DNA of 64,000 bases. It comes from an uncultured Bacillota bacterium (GTDB lineage Bacteria; Sysuimicrobiota; Sysuimicrobiia; Sysuimicrobiales; Segetimicrobiaceae). The stretch spans positions 60,540-124,539 of the forward strand of contig CAWDRG010000006.1 of the NCBI GenBank assembly GCA_963804645.1, read 5' to 3'. Positions within the stretch are counted from its first letter, which is position 1. Every line of letters begins with the position of its first letter. A program made the translations under genes and the position numbers. Shown here piece by piece: positions 30,401 through 41,877 of this stretch. The notes below the pieces were generated by a model that did no database searches, had not been told where the DNA came from, and worked only from the letters and a program-made list of their open reading frames with translations.

Positions 30401-30497
30401 GTGGGCGTCAAATTTCCCCGCGGTCATGAACATCGCTACGAGTACCAACTGGGGCTCCGACGATCTCTTCCCGCAATTCGGCATGCCGTCGCTGTGA
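27441..30497 (+). CDS. serine hydrolase (beta-lactamase fold) with polyglycine-hydrolase-like repeats and an inserted 7-repeat propeller
   Basis: RBS AAGGAG; FRLASVSK (SxxK), YNN (YxN); seven 50-52 aa repeats. Confidence 0.8.
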   Translation: MAFVAWHNQTLTDHLGLTKQYEAQGYGFISLSVYGSTSSPYYAAVMVQPSPAAQHHYPAVPVNQWQQLFNQEAGQGYGPTMVAATGSAVSPLYAAVFEPQDPIPLTINGIGLPIQGWQAQTLNNNGKTGGPSAAGGLFVSVYNDQQHFAYLDGSGNIQDAWYSGDEWQLQQINNGGKTKGPAAAGSLFVSVYNNQQHFTYVDTGGNIHDAWYGNGGWQIQQLNNGGTVDGPAAVGGLFVSVYNDQQHFTYLDGLGNIQDAWYGNDGWHTQRLNNGHGGQTDGPDAVGGLFVSVYNDQQHFTYLDDGDNLQDIWYGSDGWHVQRLNNGHGGKTDGPAAAGGPFVSVYNDQQHFAYLDGLGNLQDIWYGNDGWHVQQLNNGHGGKTDGPAAVGGPFVCVYDDQQHFAYLDGQGNLQDAWYGNGGWHVQQLNNGHGGKTDAPAAVGGPFVCVYGDQQHFAYLDGGGNVQDVWYSTYVQTLAVLNALAKSQGLILRWAASYGDSMGRAFVAIWIPNSGQTLWNNDGVSDSASGYQARFDAEASGWCRPAFVTLNTNLEYLSIFVDNQIGPLWANHELTSAQYQSASDTLVQQGFFPICVQAAGPDPDFATFSAIFAKSQQVVGKQFSATGPVANAQIDAVIAPLMQTYGVRHAALAIVHDRQLVYARAYTLAEPDWPVAQPTTCFRLASVSKVPTAVAIYQLIQAGTLKLGDSLQGILQLTTPSGGPPVDLRFNQITIQQLLEHKSGLIPDGPTSGAFDDGVAVAKAFPTATLPVSAPMTDSYIASLRLQSNPGATQVYNNCGYYLLARVVAKLRGQSRPIDAYQQYLFNPLSITRIRRAVSLVADQPPDEARYQDYDLIVDASQMSEPQPLVPDMYGDLQLEIMEGSGGLTGAVPDVARLIAILISQQDNPASTRATLVNMLSAGAALSTAGFARAGYGFDFVSSLGGGQFDAQKGGLWDSSSSILSLNGEWGFTMLWGSGRPGQLPNQPWASNFPAVMNIATSTNWGSDDLFPQFGMPSL
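27789..28853 (+). repeat. seven intragenic tandem repeats of 150-156 bp
   Basis: W..Q.LNN..G.T.GP.A.GG.FV.VY.DQQHF.YLD..GN.QD.WY repeated 7 times. Confidence 0.92.
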
Positions 30498-30570
30498 CGG
30501 CGGCGCGGCCCGTGGGCGCGGCGCGCCGTTCCGCAAGGCGCGCTGATAGACTCCCGATGGCTCGCCGTGG

Positions 30571-30648
30571 ACCCTCGCAGCCTAGTTCGACCGGACATCT
30601 CACTTGTAATGAGGGTGGTTACCGGTTCAAGTCCGGTCGAGGGCTCCA
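30571..30648 (+). repeat. tRNA-Thr copy 2: full-length pseudo-tRNA
   Basis: 3' 49 nt identical except one inserted G; 5' 28 nt 18/28 identical. Confidence 0.9.
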
Positions 30649-30941
30649 GATTTTGCTAGGGGTTGCGGTCGTCTGCGTGATCATCGGGGAGATACTGCGC
30701 GCGCGAGTCGCCGACGGTCGTGATTTTGAGAAGGACCGCATGCGCGAGCGGCAGATACACTCGCCGGCGGTCGAGTTCGACAGGCGCGGCGGCCTCAAGG
30801 GAGACGAAGACGAGGGCCGCTGAACGGTGAGCGGCGGAGCGGAAACCACTCGCCAGAACGACCGCATCGCGCAGGTGGGCGTGCACACGCCCAGGAACTG
30901 GGCAGAACCAGCGCTCACGGCTCGACATGGAGGAGACGGCC

Positions 30942-32204
30942 ATGAAGCGACGCGTGTTCGCGCTCGTCCTCGGCATCCTCGTCGCAGGGTTGCTGGCGGG
31001 ACCCAGGCCCGCGACGGGAGACACCGCCGACGCTGGCTTGGTGCTCGCGGCGTTGAACGTCTTGGAGCAGCGGTACGCGAAGCCCGTCCAGCCGGTGGCG
31101 TTGTTAAACGCCGCAATTGAATCTCTTGGACAAGCGGGCAATGTGGACCTCACGGCCATTCCCGATGGTACGCTCGAGGCACAGGCACAGGGGGCGTTCC
31201 GCCAAGACTTCGCCAAAGCTGTGCAGACGGGCGCGGCGAAGGAGGAGGACCTCGCCTATCAAGCCACGCGGGCGATGCTGGCGTCGCTTCATGACAGCCA
31301 CACCCTCTACATTGATCCGGCGCACTGGGCGGCCCGGCAGGTTCAGGTAGGCGGGAAGCCCGGTTTTGTCGGCATAGGATTCATCAGCGTGTCCATCAAG
31401 GACGACGCAGGCCAGTCCGTGCTGTATGCTGCGGTAGTATTTCCTGGCGCGCCCGCGGCCGCAGCAGGTCTCTAGGTGCTCGACCAGTTCACCGGAGGCG
31501 CGCCTGCCGCAGGCCCCGCCGGATCGACCGTTACATTTACCGTGCAGCGCAAGGGGCAGCCGGTCACTCTCACGGCGACGAGGCAAGCCATCCAAACGCC
31601 TATCGTTGTTGCGGTACCGATGGTCCGTCCCGGGATTGCGTACATTAACTTCCTGGGGTTCGCCCAGGGTGCCAATGACGCGGTCCGGACCGCGTTGAAG
31701 ACAGCCCAGGCCCAGGGTCCGCTTCGCGGCGTGATTCTTGACCTGCGACAAAATGGCGGAGGTCAAATTGACGAGTTGGAGGGCATCGCCGGAGCGCTGC
31801 TGCCCCCGCGGACGCTCCTTGCGCATACGGTCAGCCGACAGCAGGGATCGTCTGAGTTTCTGGTGACCGGGGCACCGCTTCTGCCTCAAACTCCGCTTGT
31901 CGTCCTGACGAGTGGGCGCAGCGAGTCAGCCGCTGAAATACTGAGCCTTGCGCTCCACGACGCGCATCGAGCGACCCTGATTGGTGAGAAGACGGCCGGT
32001 GCGTATCAGAACAACAACGTGGTCCCGCTGCCCGCCGGGGGGATGTCCGTCACCGTGCGTGAGATCTCCGGCCCTCAATATGAGCAAGTGGAGGGGATCG
32101 GGATCACGCCTGACCAGGTAGTCCCGCTGACCGTCGACGACGTGTTGAACGGGACGGATAGTCAGCTCGATGCGGCGCTCAAAGCACTCGGCGCCGGGAA
32201 CTAG
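30942..32204 (+). pseudogene. S41 carboxyl-terminal peptidase with an in-frame TAG at 31473-31475 and a shortened PDZ domain
   Basis: ILDLRQNGGG, SESAAEI, GEKTAG; colinear with the intact paralog at 54692. Confidence 0.8.
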
Positions 32205-32397
32205 GAGATGCGCCCTAAACGGTATCCCTTGCCGGTGGGTAAGCCACGGGAACTTGCGATTCCTTTGCAATTGCGCGGAGCCGGGATCTGAGGGATTGGG
32301 CCGTGGTAGGAAAGGAAGTCGAAGGCGGACAGCCTGTTGAAATAGTGCTCAAAGAAGCTGAGACGTGCGAAGCATCGAACTGCAAAGGGAGTAGGTT

Positions 32398-33505
<1,108 letters not shown>

Positions 33506-33567
33506 TCAGCTTTGTTGGGTGGCAGATGGAACCCTGGCCAGTGTGACCGACTCAAGACTGCCAGAAT

Positions 33568-33616
33568 CTCACTGGTAATGAGGTGGTTACCGGTTCAAGT
33601 CCGGTCGAGGGCGCCA
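33568..33616 (+). repeat. tRNA-Thr copy 4 (3' part)
   Basis: 47/49 identical; anticodon reads GGT, discriminator G. Confidence 0.93.
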
Positions 33617-33877
33617 GATCGTACTAGGGGTGCGGTTCTCCCTTCCGCCACGCGGTGCTCGAGATGGAGGCGATTGGATTCCAACTCGCTCGTGGGGCGT
33701 CAGCCCGTCGCTCCCCCGGCGGGCGCGGCGCTCGGCCGTGGCGGGCCATACGCGACGCGTCTGTCTGCTTGTTCTGGCGACCCTCGTTTCCTGGCGCACG
33801 AGGAGAGATCATCGCTGAGCCCGGTGCGACGCAGTCATCTCCCCGCTGTCTCCGTCCCTCGGGGTGTCCGAGCGATA

Positions 33878-34831
33878 CTAGCGTTCAAGCGAGATCTCCA
33901 GCCGGAACGTCGTCGACGTGTCTCCCACGGGGACATTCGGGATGGCGAGCACCAACGTTTTCGTACCCACGGGTACCGGATCGAACGCGATCTGCCCGGT
34001 CTGTGACGACTTGCCGGGGACGGCGTCCGGCAGTTGAGTCTGCATGAACCGCACGTTGTAGGTGTGGCTCAGGTCATCGGTGAGCGTGGCAGCGGACGCC
34101 GCCAGCACGAGGTTGACGGGCGCATCGTTGCTGTTGTCGGCGGTGATTCGCACGGTGGTGTAGTCCTTCTCGAACGTCACTTCGGATATACGAAGCGTCA
34201 GTCCGTTTTCGGACGCTTCGGCGTTTGCCGCGAGGCGCGTTCCCGACTCCTGAGTGGGCAACTTCGCCATCGCCGCGACCATGTCGTCGGGGAGGGCGAG
34301 CCTCCACACGGCTCCGTCTCTGACGGCCACGAACGTCATGAGATTTTCGGCGACGGCGTGTCCACCGATCGGCATTGGGGCACAATACGTTGCGGTCGCC
34401 AAGCACGCAACGGTGACCAGCGTCGTCAGGATCGAGAATCCGGCGTTTTCTGTGGTCGTTGTCGTGACGTCTGCGGTGACGACGGCCTGATCCTGTGTCT
34501 CATTGTAGGCGGGCTCGCCGATCGTGTAGGTGATCGTTCTGGAGAATCCGACCCGTGTGCCTTGCGATCCAACCTGTTTCCAGTACGCAATGAATTGATC
34601 TGCAGCGACCCGCACCCGCGTGCGGTTGAGCAGATTCTCGTCGTAGAAACTCCGCAGCACGCCGTCCGCAGGCGGCTGTCCCCTCTCCGCGGGGACGGCG
34701 ATCGTGTTGAGAAAGAGCGCGACGAGGTCTTGCGGGGCGGCGGTGCCGGACGACGACTGGGCCGAGCCCGGCGTCGCCAATGACAGACTCAGCACCGTGA
34801 CAGTTGCCGCGAGCGCTACGAACTTCACCAT
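33878..34831 (-). CDS. secreted hypothetical protein with a C-terminal DUF4352-like Ig fold
   Basis: Signal peptide MVKFVALAATV..SA; RBS GGAGGG; C-terminal V.PGKSSQTGQIAF. Confidence 0.65.
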   Translation of the reverse strand: MVKFVALAATVTVLSLSLATPGSAQSSSGTAAPQDLVALFLNTIAVPAERGQPPADGVLRSFYDENLLNRTRVRVAADQFIAYWKQVGSQGTRVGFSRTITYTIGEPAYNETQDQAVVTADVTTTTTENAGFSILTTLVTVACLATATYCAPMPIGGHAVAENLMTFVAVRDGAVWRLALPDDMVAAMAKLPTQESGTRLAANAEASENGLTLRISEVTFEKDYTTVRITADNSNDAPVNLVLAASAATLTDDLSHTYNVRFMQTQLPDAVPGKSSQTGQIAFDPVPVGTKTLVLAIPNVPVGDTSTTFRLEISLER

Positions 34832-35368
34832 ATGCCCCCCTCCATTCTGGGTGAACGCGCTAGTAGACCTGGATCCAGAAGCACAGGATTCGCTCCACGC
34901 CGTCCTCAGAGGTGCGATCCCCGACGATGCCCCTTGCGGGGCTGCCACCCGTACTCGCCCACAAGACATCTCGCATGGCCACCACACCCCTGGCTCGCGG
35001 GCTGACCCGAACCTCGAGTGGGCCCTTGCCCCCGTACGCAGTCTTCCGATCTCCGCATCGCATCCGCTCATATCATGCACGACGCGTAGGTTGTCCGAAT
35101 CGGTCGAAGGGCCCAGGGAACGGGGGTGTGGCGCGGATAAGGGGCTGAAACCAGTCTGGCGCGCTCGGCTCGCTTTACACGTTCTGAGAAGACTGTCTCC
35201 TCAGAAGGCCGAGGCGTGTTGCGCGTTGTGAACTTCAGCGGCGGCACGTCCTCACTCCTGGTGTCCATCGTGCCGCAGGACTCGTTACGGCAGCCCCAAA
35301 GATACGTTCGCAGGTCATCAGCGGTTACTCGCGAACCCGCAAATGGCATAGGCTAGTGAGCGTGCCGC

Positions 35369-35417
35369 CCCACTTGTAATGAGGGGGTTACCGGTTCAAG
35401 TCCGGCCGAGGGCTCCA
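35369..35417 (+). repeat. tRNA-Thr copy 5 (3' part)
   Basis: 46/49 identical. Confidence 0.93.
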
Positions 35418-35668
35418 GATTTTGCGTGGGTTGGGGTTAGTTCGGTCCCCTCGTTCGTTGTTCTGATGCCACTCGATCGTCGCCTCATTCCCCAAATCTC
35501 ATACGCGTCAAGGTCCCGTACGCGAAGAGCCAGATGGACTGTTTCAACCGAAGGTGTTCAAACACAGATCATGGAAATCCCGGGTGTTACGTGCACGGGG
35601 GAGGGCCGGTCATTCCGGACGCGGGATGGATCTCGCGTTTCGGACAGGCACACGAGGAGGGATGGTCC

Positions 35669-37280
35669 ATGGCAACGCGCGAGGGCACGCAACCGAGACG
35701 GGCGACACGCCGCGCATTCCTCAAAACGGTCACCGCGGCCGGCGTCGGCGCGGCCGCGTCCAGGTGGTACGCGGTCGCGGGATCGCGTGAAGATTCCGCG
35801 GTGCTCGCGGCGACACCGCTCCGGCGAGGCGGGACGCTCAAGATCGCCGAGATCGGCGAGCCGCTGACCCTGGACGCCCCCGCCACGACAGCGACGCTGA
35901 CGGCGGTGATCACGCTGCCGATCTTCGAGGGGCTGTTCGCGTTCGACGCGGGGTGGCGCATCCGGCCGGACCTGGCGGCGGGGTACTCGGTCAGCAAGGA
36001 CGGTCTCATGTACACGATCACCCTGCGCAGCAACGTGTCGTTCCACAACGGCAAGATGCTCACGGCCGACGACGTGGTGGCGTCCGTGAACCGCTGGGGC
36101 AAGGTGAACCCCCAGGCCGCGGCGCCCTACGGCGCGGTGGACACGGTTCAGGCGGCTGCGAGCGACACCGTGGTGATCAAGATGAAGACGCCGTTTGCGC
36201 CGTTCCTCGGGTTTCTGGCGCTCGCGGGCGCGTGCGGGATCATGCCGAAGGAGGTCATCGACGGGATCGGCCCCGGAGGGCTCAAGCAGTACGTCGGCAC
36301 GGGGCCCTACAAGTTCGTGGAGTGGGCGCCGGACCGCTACGTGCACTTGACGCGGTTCGATCAGTACGCCGCGCGCACCGACCCCGCCAGCCTGTTCGCC
36401 GGGCGGAAGGAGGCGCTCGCGGACGATATCTTCTACTATCCGGTGACGCAGGTCGCCACGCGGGTCGCCGGGGTGCAGAGCGGCGACTACGACATCGCCG
36501 ACGGGATCAACCAGGACGCGTACGTGCCGCTGAAGGCCGACCCCCGCGTGACGGTCGGACTCCTCCCCGGGTATTACCTCATCTTCTTCCTGAACAAGAA
36601 GCAGGGCCTCATGACGAACCAGAAGCTGCGCCAGGCGGTGGAGGTCGCGCTCGACATGCAGCCGATTATGCAGGCGACCTTCGGCGACCCGCAGTTGTAC
36701 AGCCTCGACGCGAGCCTGTATCCTAAAGGCACGCCGTGGTACACGACCGCCGGCGCGACACTGGTACAACGTCCACAACATGGACCAGGCGAAGGCCCTC
36801 GCGAGGGAGGCCGGGTACTCTGGGCAGACCATCCGGTGGCTCACGACCCAGGACTACGACTACATGTTCAAGAGCACGGTGGTCGCATCGACGCAGCTCC
36901 AGCAGGCCGGGTTCAAGGTGGACCTGCAGGTCCTGGACTGGGCGACGGTCCTGGATCGGCGCACCAAGCCGACCGAATGGGAGATATTTGTGACGTCGGG
37001 CGTCTTCGTGCCGGACCCCTCGCTGCTCACGCTCTTCAGCTCGACCTACCCGGGGTGGTGGGACACGCCTGAGAAGAACGCGCTGTACGCGGAATTCAAC
37101 GCGGAGGCGAACCAGGGGAAGCGCGTCCAGGAGTGGGCTAAGCTCCAGGCGATGATGTACGAGGAGGCGCCGTCGATCCGTCCCGGCAGCTTCAACAACC
37201 TGATCATCTCGCGGAAGGGCCTGGCGGGCTTCACGCCGTCGTACGTCATCATTCCGTGGAACGTCCAGGCGGCGCGGTGA
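35669..37280 (+). pseudogene. ABC transporter substrate-binding protein family 5 with Tat signal, frameshift near 36760
   Basis: TRRAFLK; EPLTLD, FHNGKMLTADDV, GTGPYKF; continues as WYNVHNMDQAKAL in the next frame. Confidence 0.8.
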
Positions 37281-37456
37281 TCGGACGGTCGGGCCGCACG
37301 TGATGACGGATCGGTGACACGCCCGGCGGGAACGGTCGTCGGGAGCCGAGAACGCGTCGGCCACCGACGGGGCGGGTGTGCGGGTCGATGCCACTCATGA
37401 ATTGAGACGGCCTAGAAGACTCACTAGGTGTGCGGCCAGGCGGCGAACGGCGCTGG

Positions 37457-38842
37457 CTACGGGTGCCGGTCGATCGTGAAGGGTCGTGCCTTGAAGAGCC
37501 TCGGGATGCCCCCGTTGCATCCCTCCATGTAGAACGCGTAGCCGTGCACGGACGTGTGTCCGGCCGGAGCGGCGGCGGACATGAACGACGGGTACCACCC
37601 GTTGAACGCCGCGCCACCCCCGCTCTTCGGCCCGCAGCTGTCGACGCCGGACCCCGTTCCCTTCAGATACACCGGCCCCAGCGTGCCCGGAATCATGACG
37701 GGCGCGCTCCAATCCTCCAGCGCCAGGCTGGTCGCCGTCGAGTAAAACCAGGCCGCGGCAACCTGCTGGTAGGTCGAATTCAACGAGATGCACGTGAACG
37801 TCATGACGTACAGCTTGAGTGGGTCGTTGTACGTGATCTGGCCCTGGACTTGGAACCCGGACTGGAACCCGGGGCATCCGCCGAGCGGCGGGGTGGACGG
37901 CGAGATGACGGCGGTCTCCAGGCCCGCGATGCCCGGCTGCGTGAACCCTCCGTGATACCACTTCATGAAGGTGAGTGTGTTATTCCCGTTGAGCAGGGCG
38001 CGGGCGACGCGGACCTTGCCGTCTCCCCTGGGATTGGTGACGCCGCCCGGTCCCTGCAGGCCGGCCGGGCCGGCGTAGTACGAGTACGCGACATAGACGT
38101 AGGTGCCGCCGCTCGTGTTGACATCGTCAACGAACGCGCTCGGGATCCCGTCGCCCATGGCTTGGGTCAGCGGCTGCGTGGCCGGTTCGGGCACCGGGAC
38201 CTTGAGGACGGGATACCGCGTAGCGCTGCCGAACTCGTCGTCGACCGGCGCCGGCCACGTTTTCCCAAAATTCGATGATCGAACGAGCCCGACGGTGACG
38301 TAGAAGGGGAATCCATACGTGGCACCGGCGCAGTGGTTTTCGGCCTCGTACAGCATGAGGAGGTTGCCCGGCGGCAGCGTCGGATCGCGCAGCACTGATC
38401 CGGGCGCCGCGTAGTTGAAGTCGAACGTGGGGTCAAAGGTCGTGTTGCACTTCGTGAACGGGTTGAGGGAGAACAGCACCTCCTTCGTCCCGTAGCCGGC
38501 GGCGAACAGCAGCGTCCACACGCTGCTCGCGGCAGGCGTCGATTGCAGCACGACCGCGCCGGTGGACGTGGCCTGCGTGGTCCGGCTGGCCGCGAAGAAG
38601 ACGTACTCCGAGTTCGAGTCGAGCGCGCCCGGCGGGAAGATCGTCGTATGTTCGTCGGCCAGGGTGTCGAGGCCGGGTGGGTGAGCCACGATGATCTCGG
38701 GTCCGACCGTGAAGGCGATGCCGGCCGCGGGCGTGGGGCTCGAGAACCCGTCGGTGAGCGCGTAGGCAGCGATGGCCGCCGCCGCCATGAGCACGCTCAG
38801 GATCCGTGTGACGCTCAGACGTCCCCGTGTGAGATGACGCAC
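37457..38842 (-). CDS. secreted/anchored hypothetical protein, Asp-box glycosidase-like propeller
   Basis: RBS AAGGAGG + GTG; hydrophobic N-terminus; YEAENH, SSNFGKTW; paralog at 43668-45057. Confidence 0.7.
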   Translation of the reverse strand: MRHLTRGRLSVTRILSVLMAAAAIAAYALTDGFSSPTPAAGIAFTVGPEIIVAHPPGLDTLADEHTTIFPPGALDSNSEYVFFAASRTTQATSTGAVVLQSTPAASSVWTLLFAAGYGTKEVLFSLNPFTKCNTTFDPTFDFNYAAPGSVLRDPTLPPGNLLMLYEAENHCAGATYGFPFYVTVGLVRSSNFGKTWPAPVDDEFGSATRYPVLKVPVPEPATQPLTQAMGDGIPSAFVDDVNTSGGTYVYVAYSYYAGPAGLQGPGGVTNPRGDGKVRVARALLNGNNTLTFMKWYHGGFTQPGIAGLETAVISPSTPPLGGCPGFQSGFQVQGQITYNDPLKLYVMTFTCISLNSTYQQVAAAWFYSTATSLALEDWSAPVMIPGTLGPVYLKGTGSGVDSCGPKSGGGAAFNGWYPSFMSAAAPAGHTSVHGYAFYMEGCNGGIPRLFKARPFTIDRHP

Positions 38843-38983
38843 CGCACTTGCCTCCTTGTGACGGGTTGTCGGCCCCGCTTCCGTGGGCTTCTCGTCCGCT
38901 CGATTGACCGTCGCACCGCCGCGATCCTGCCGCGGCGCCGTGGCCCGCCGAAACCGGCTCTGCTTGACGGGTCGCCGGGCAGA

Positions 38984-39060
38984 GGCCTCGCAGCTCAATG
39001 CGGTCAAGCGCCTCACGTGTAACGGGGTGGGTACCGCTTCAAGTTCGGTCGAGGGCTCCA
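38984..39060 (+). repeat. tRNA-Thr copy 6: full-length 77-nt pseudo-tRNA
   Basis: 64/77 identical, ungapped. Confidence 0.9.
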
Positions 39061-39268
39061 GATTGTACGTGATTGCTCGGGGGGCCGACATCGATGGCCC
39101 GTCGGTCGGTTCGTCTCGCAATTCGTTACGCGCCTGCGTGAGCGGGGGATGCTGAGGGCAGGGGCGGTCGCGACTTCCGTCGAACCGACAGGCAACTGCG
39201 ACAGTGCTGGCGGCCACCAATTCCGGGACGTATTCGCGGTCAAGGCGTGCTTGGCGAGGTAGCCGCGC

Positions 39269-41635
39269 GTGACGGCACGACGAAAGGCCGCAACTCACAA
39301 CAACCTGCCCGTGCAGCTCACCAGCTTCGTCGGGAGAGAGCGCGAAAAGGCGGAGATCAAGCGGCTGCTTGCGGCCACCCGGCTCGTCACCCTGACGGGG
39401 TCGGGCGGCGCGGGGAAGACTCGCCTCGCCATGGAGGCGGGGCGGGAGATGATCGACCAATTCCCCGACGGCGTATGGGTCGCGGAACTCGCCCCGCTGT
39501 CGGATCCGGCCCTCGTCCCCAAAGTGGTGGCTGCGGCTGCGGGCCTCCGGGACGAGTCCGGACGGCCCGTCCTGGACGCTCTGGCGGGGCATCTCCGCGG
39601 GAAACGCGTGCTCCTCATCCTCGACAACTGCGAGCATCTGGTCGAGGCGTGCGCGCGCCTCGTGGATCTGTTACTGCGCTCGTGCCCGCAGTTGCGGATT
39701 CTCGCCACCAGCCGGGAGCCTCTCGGAAACGCGGGTGAGACCACGTTTCGGGTCCCGTCACTCTCCCTGCCCGAGCCCGGCGAGGTGCTCGCCCTCGAGC
39801 GCCTCCGCGACTATGAAGCCCCACTGCTGTTTGTGCAGCGCGCCGAGGCCGTCTCGCCACACTTCGCGATCACGCACCGCAGCGCCCCTGCCCTCGCGGA
39901 GGTGTGCCGACGGCTGGATGGGATCCCACTCGCGATCGAACTCGCGGCCGCCAGAGTCAAGGGACTGACGGTCGGGCAGATTGCGGCGCGGCTCGACGAT
40001 CGGTTCCGGCTGCTCGTCGGTGGCAACCGCATGGCGCTGCCGAGGCAGCAAACGCTGCTCGCGACGATGGACTGGAGTTACCAGCTGCTCTCGGAACCGG
40101 AGCGTGTGCTGCTGCGGCGTCTGTCGGTGTTCGCCGGCGGCTTCTCGTTGGAGGCGGCGGAGGCGGTGAGCGCCGGGGGCATCATCGAGTCTCCCCACAT
40201 CCTCGACATGCTGCTCCAGTTGGTCGACAAATCCTTAGTCGTCGCTGACGATCGAGGAGACGAGGCGCGCTATCGGATGCTGGAGACGGTCCGGCGGTAC
40301 GGGCGGGATCGTCTGCAGGAAGCGGGGGAGGCCGCGGGGGCGCAGCGGCGGCACCGTGACTGGTACCTCGCGCTGGCCGAACAAGCAGATCCGCGGTTAC
40401 GAGGGCCTGAACAGGCGAGCTGGTTGGGACGGTTAGCGCTTGACCACGATAACTTTCGGGCGGCGCTTGAGTGGAGTCGGGCTGACGACGCCGGCGCCGA
40501 GGCCGCGCTGCGGCTTGCGACCGCGCTGTGGTGGTTTAGTTTCGTGCGTGGTCACTGGAGCGAGGCGAGAACGCTGCTCGAGGCCACGCTGATCCGGGCG
40601 CACGAGGCGCCCCGGCGCCTCGTGCCCAAGGCCCTCCACGCCGCAACGTTTTTCGCGCTGCGACAGGGTGATCTCGATCGTGCGACGGCGCTCGGGGAGC
40701 AGGGACTCGAACTCTGTCGCGAACTGGGCGATCGGGAGAACAGCGTCTGGCTCCTGACATGGCTCGGTCTCGTCGGGCTCCGGCGCGGACAGTACGAGGC
40801 GGCGGCGCGCCTCCTTGAACAAGGCGTCACGCTGTCGCGGGAACTACGGAACGATTGGTTCCTGAGCTTGGTCCTGGCCCAACTGGGAATCCTCGCACGC
40901 GGTGCCGGCGCATCTCAGCGCGCGGTCGCGCTGCATACCCAGTGCCTGTCGCTTGCGAAAGGAACGGGAGATCCACTGATGATCGCCTATCAGCTTCGTA
41001 ACCTTGGCGTCGACAGCCTCACCGATCGAGCGCCCGCGCAGGCGGCCGAGTACTACTCGGAGGCCCTGCGTTTGTGCCGGGAACTTGGGGATCGATGGGT
41101 CTCTGAGGGATGTCTTGAAGGTCTCGCGGCCGTCGCCAGCGCCCGCGGAGATCACCACCGGGCGGCCCGACTCTTTGGCGCCGGCGAGGCATTGCGAGCC
41201 CTGACAGGCGATTCCCGGTCGTTGGTCGGCGATCACTCGTATGACCACCAGTTGGCCGCGACCCGGGCGGCCCTCGGCGACACCGAGTTCAGCGCGGCGT
41301 GGGCGACGGGGGAAGCGATGACATTCGATGATGCGATCGACTACGCGCTGGCGTCACCCGATGCGTCGGCGGCCCAGGAGGCGGTCGGGAAGCCGGACCG
41401 GGGACGGGGTGGTGCCCCCGCGGCGCACGCGGATCCGCTCACCCCGCGCGAACGCGAAGTCGCCGCGCTGGTGGCCGACGGCGTGTCCAACCGCGGGATC
41501 GCCTCCCGGTTGTTCATTACGGAGCGCACGGCGCAGACGCACGTCCAGCACATCCTCGATAAATTGGGGTTCACCTCGCGGACGCAGATCGCAGTGTGGA
41601 CTGCCCAGCGTGGCCTCGTACCGCCGACGAGCTGA
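39269..41635 (+). CDS. STAND ATPase-TPR-LuxR transcriptional regulator
   Basis: NLP..TSFVGRE, GSGGAGKT, LDNCEH, LDGIPLAIELAA; C-terminal LTPREREVA HTH. Confidence 0.92.
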   Translation: MTARRKAATHNNLPVQLTSFVGREREKAEIKRLLAATRLVTLTGSGGAGKTRLAMEAGREMIDQFPDGVWVAELAPLSDPALVPKVVAAAAGLRDESGRPVLDALAGHLRGKRVLLILDNCEHLVEACARLVDLLLRSCPQLRILATSREPLGNAGETTFRVPSLSLPEPGEVLALERLRDYEAPLLFVQRAEAVSPHFAITHRSAPALAEVCRRLDGIPLAIELAAARVKGLTVGQIAARLDDRFRLLVGGNRMALPRQQTLLATMDWSYQLLSEPERVLLRRLSVFAGGFSLEAAEAVSAGGIIESPHILDMLLQLVDKSLVVADDRGDEARYRMLETVRRYGRDRLQEAGEAAGAQRRHRDWYLALAEQADPRLRGPEQASWLGRLALDHDNFRAALEWSRADDAGAEAALRLATALWWFSFVRGHWSEARTLLEATLIRAHEAPRRLVPKALHAATFFALRQGDLDRATALGEQGLELCRELGDRENSVWLLTWLGLVGLRRGQYEAAARLLEQGVTLSRELRNDWFLSLVLAQLGILARGAGASQRAVALHTQCLSLAKGTGDPLMIAYQLRNLGVDSLTDRAPAQAAEYYSEALRLCRELGDRWVSEGCLEGLAAVASARGDHHRAARLFGAGEALRALTGDSRSLVGDHSYDHQLAATRAALGDTEFSAAWATGEAMTFDDAIDYALASPDASAAQEAVGKPDRGRGGAPAAHADPLTPREREVAALVADGVSNRGIASRLFITERTAQTHVQHILDKLGFTSRTQIAVWTAQRGLVPPTS

Positions 41636-41877
41636 TCTCCCACGCGTGTCGCCGAGCCACGGTGCGTGCGACGCCGGGGTCCCTGTGCGGGACCGCCGGC
41701 ACAGGAGGTGTTGGCGGTCCCTTGCGCCCGGCATACGTACTCGTGTCATGTGAAAGATACGTATCGCCGTACCGAATTCGCACGATGGCAGCGGGGATCC
41801 GCCGGCGCACACTCAGGGCACGAGGAGCGCGCACTGCGATGGGCCACTCTGCGCTTGCCGTGAGGGGAGGGAGCTCC

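Noticed and set aside
31473..31475. In-frame TAG as pyrrolysine or programmed read-through
   Set aside because: It accompanies a PDZ deletion at a non-catalytic position and no pyl genes are in the window; a nonsense mutation is simpler.
33568..33616. Copy 4 as a functional tRNA-Thr(GGU)
   Set aside because: No 5' acceptor strand or D-arm; it is a point-mutated fragment.
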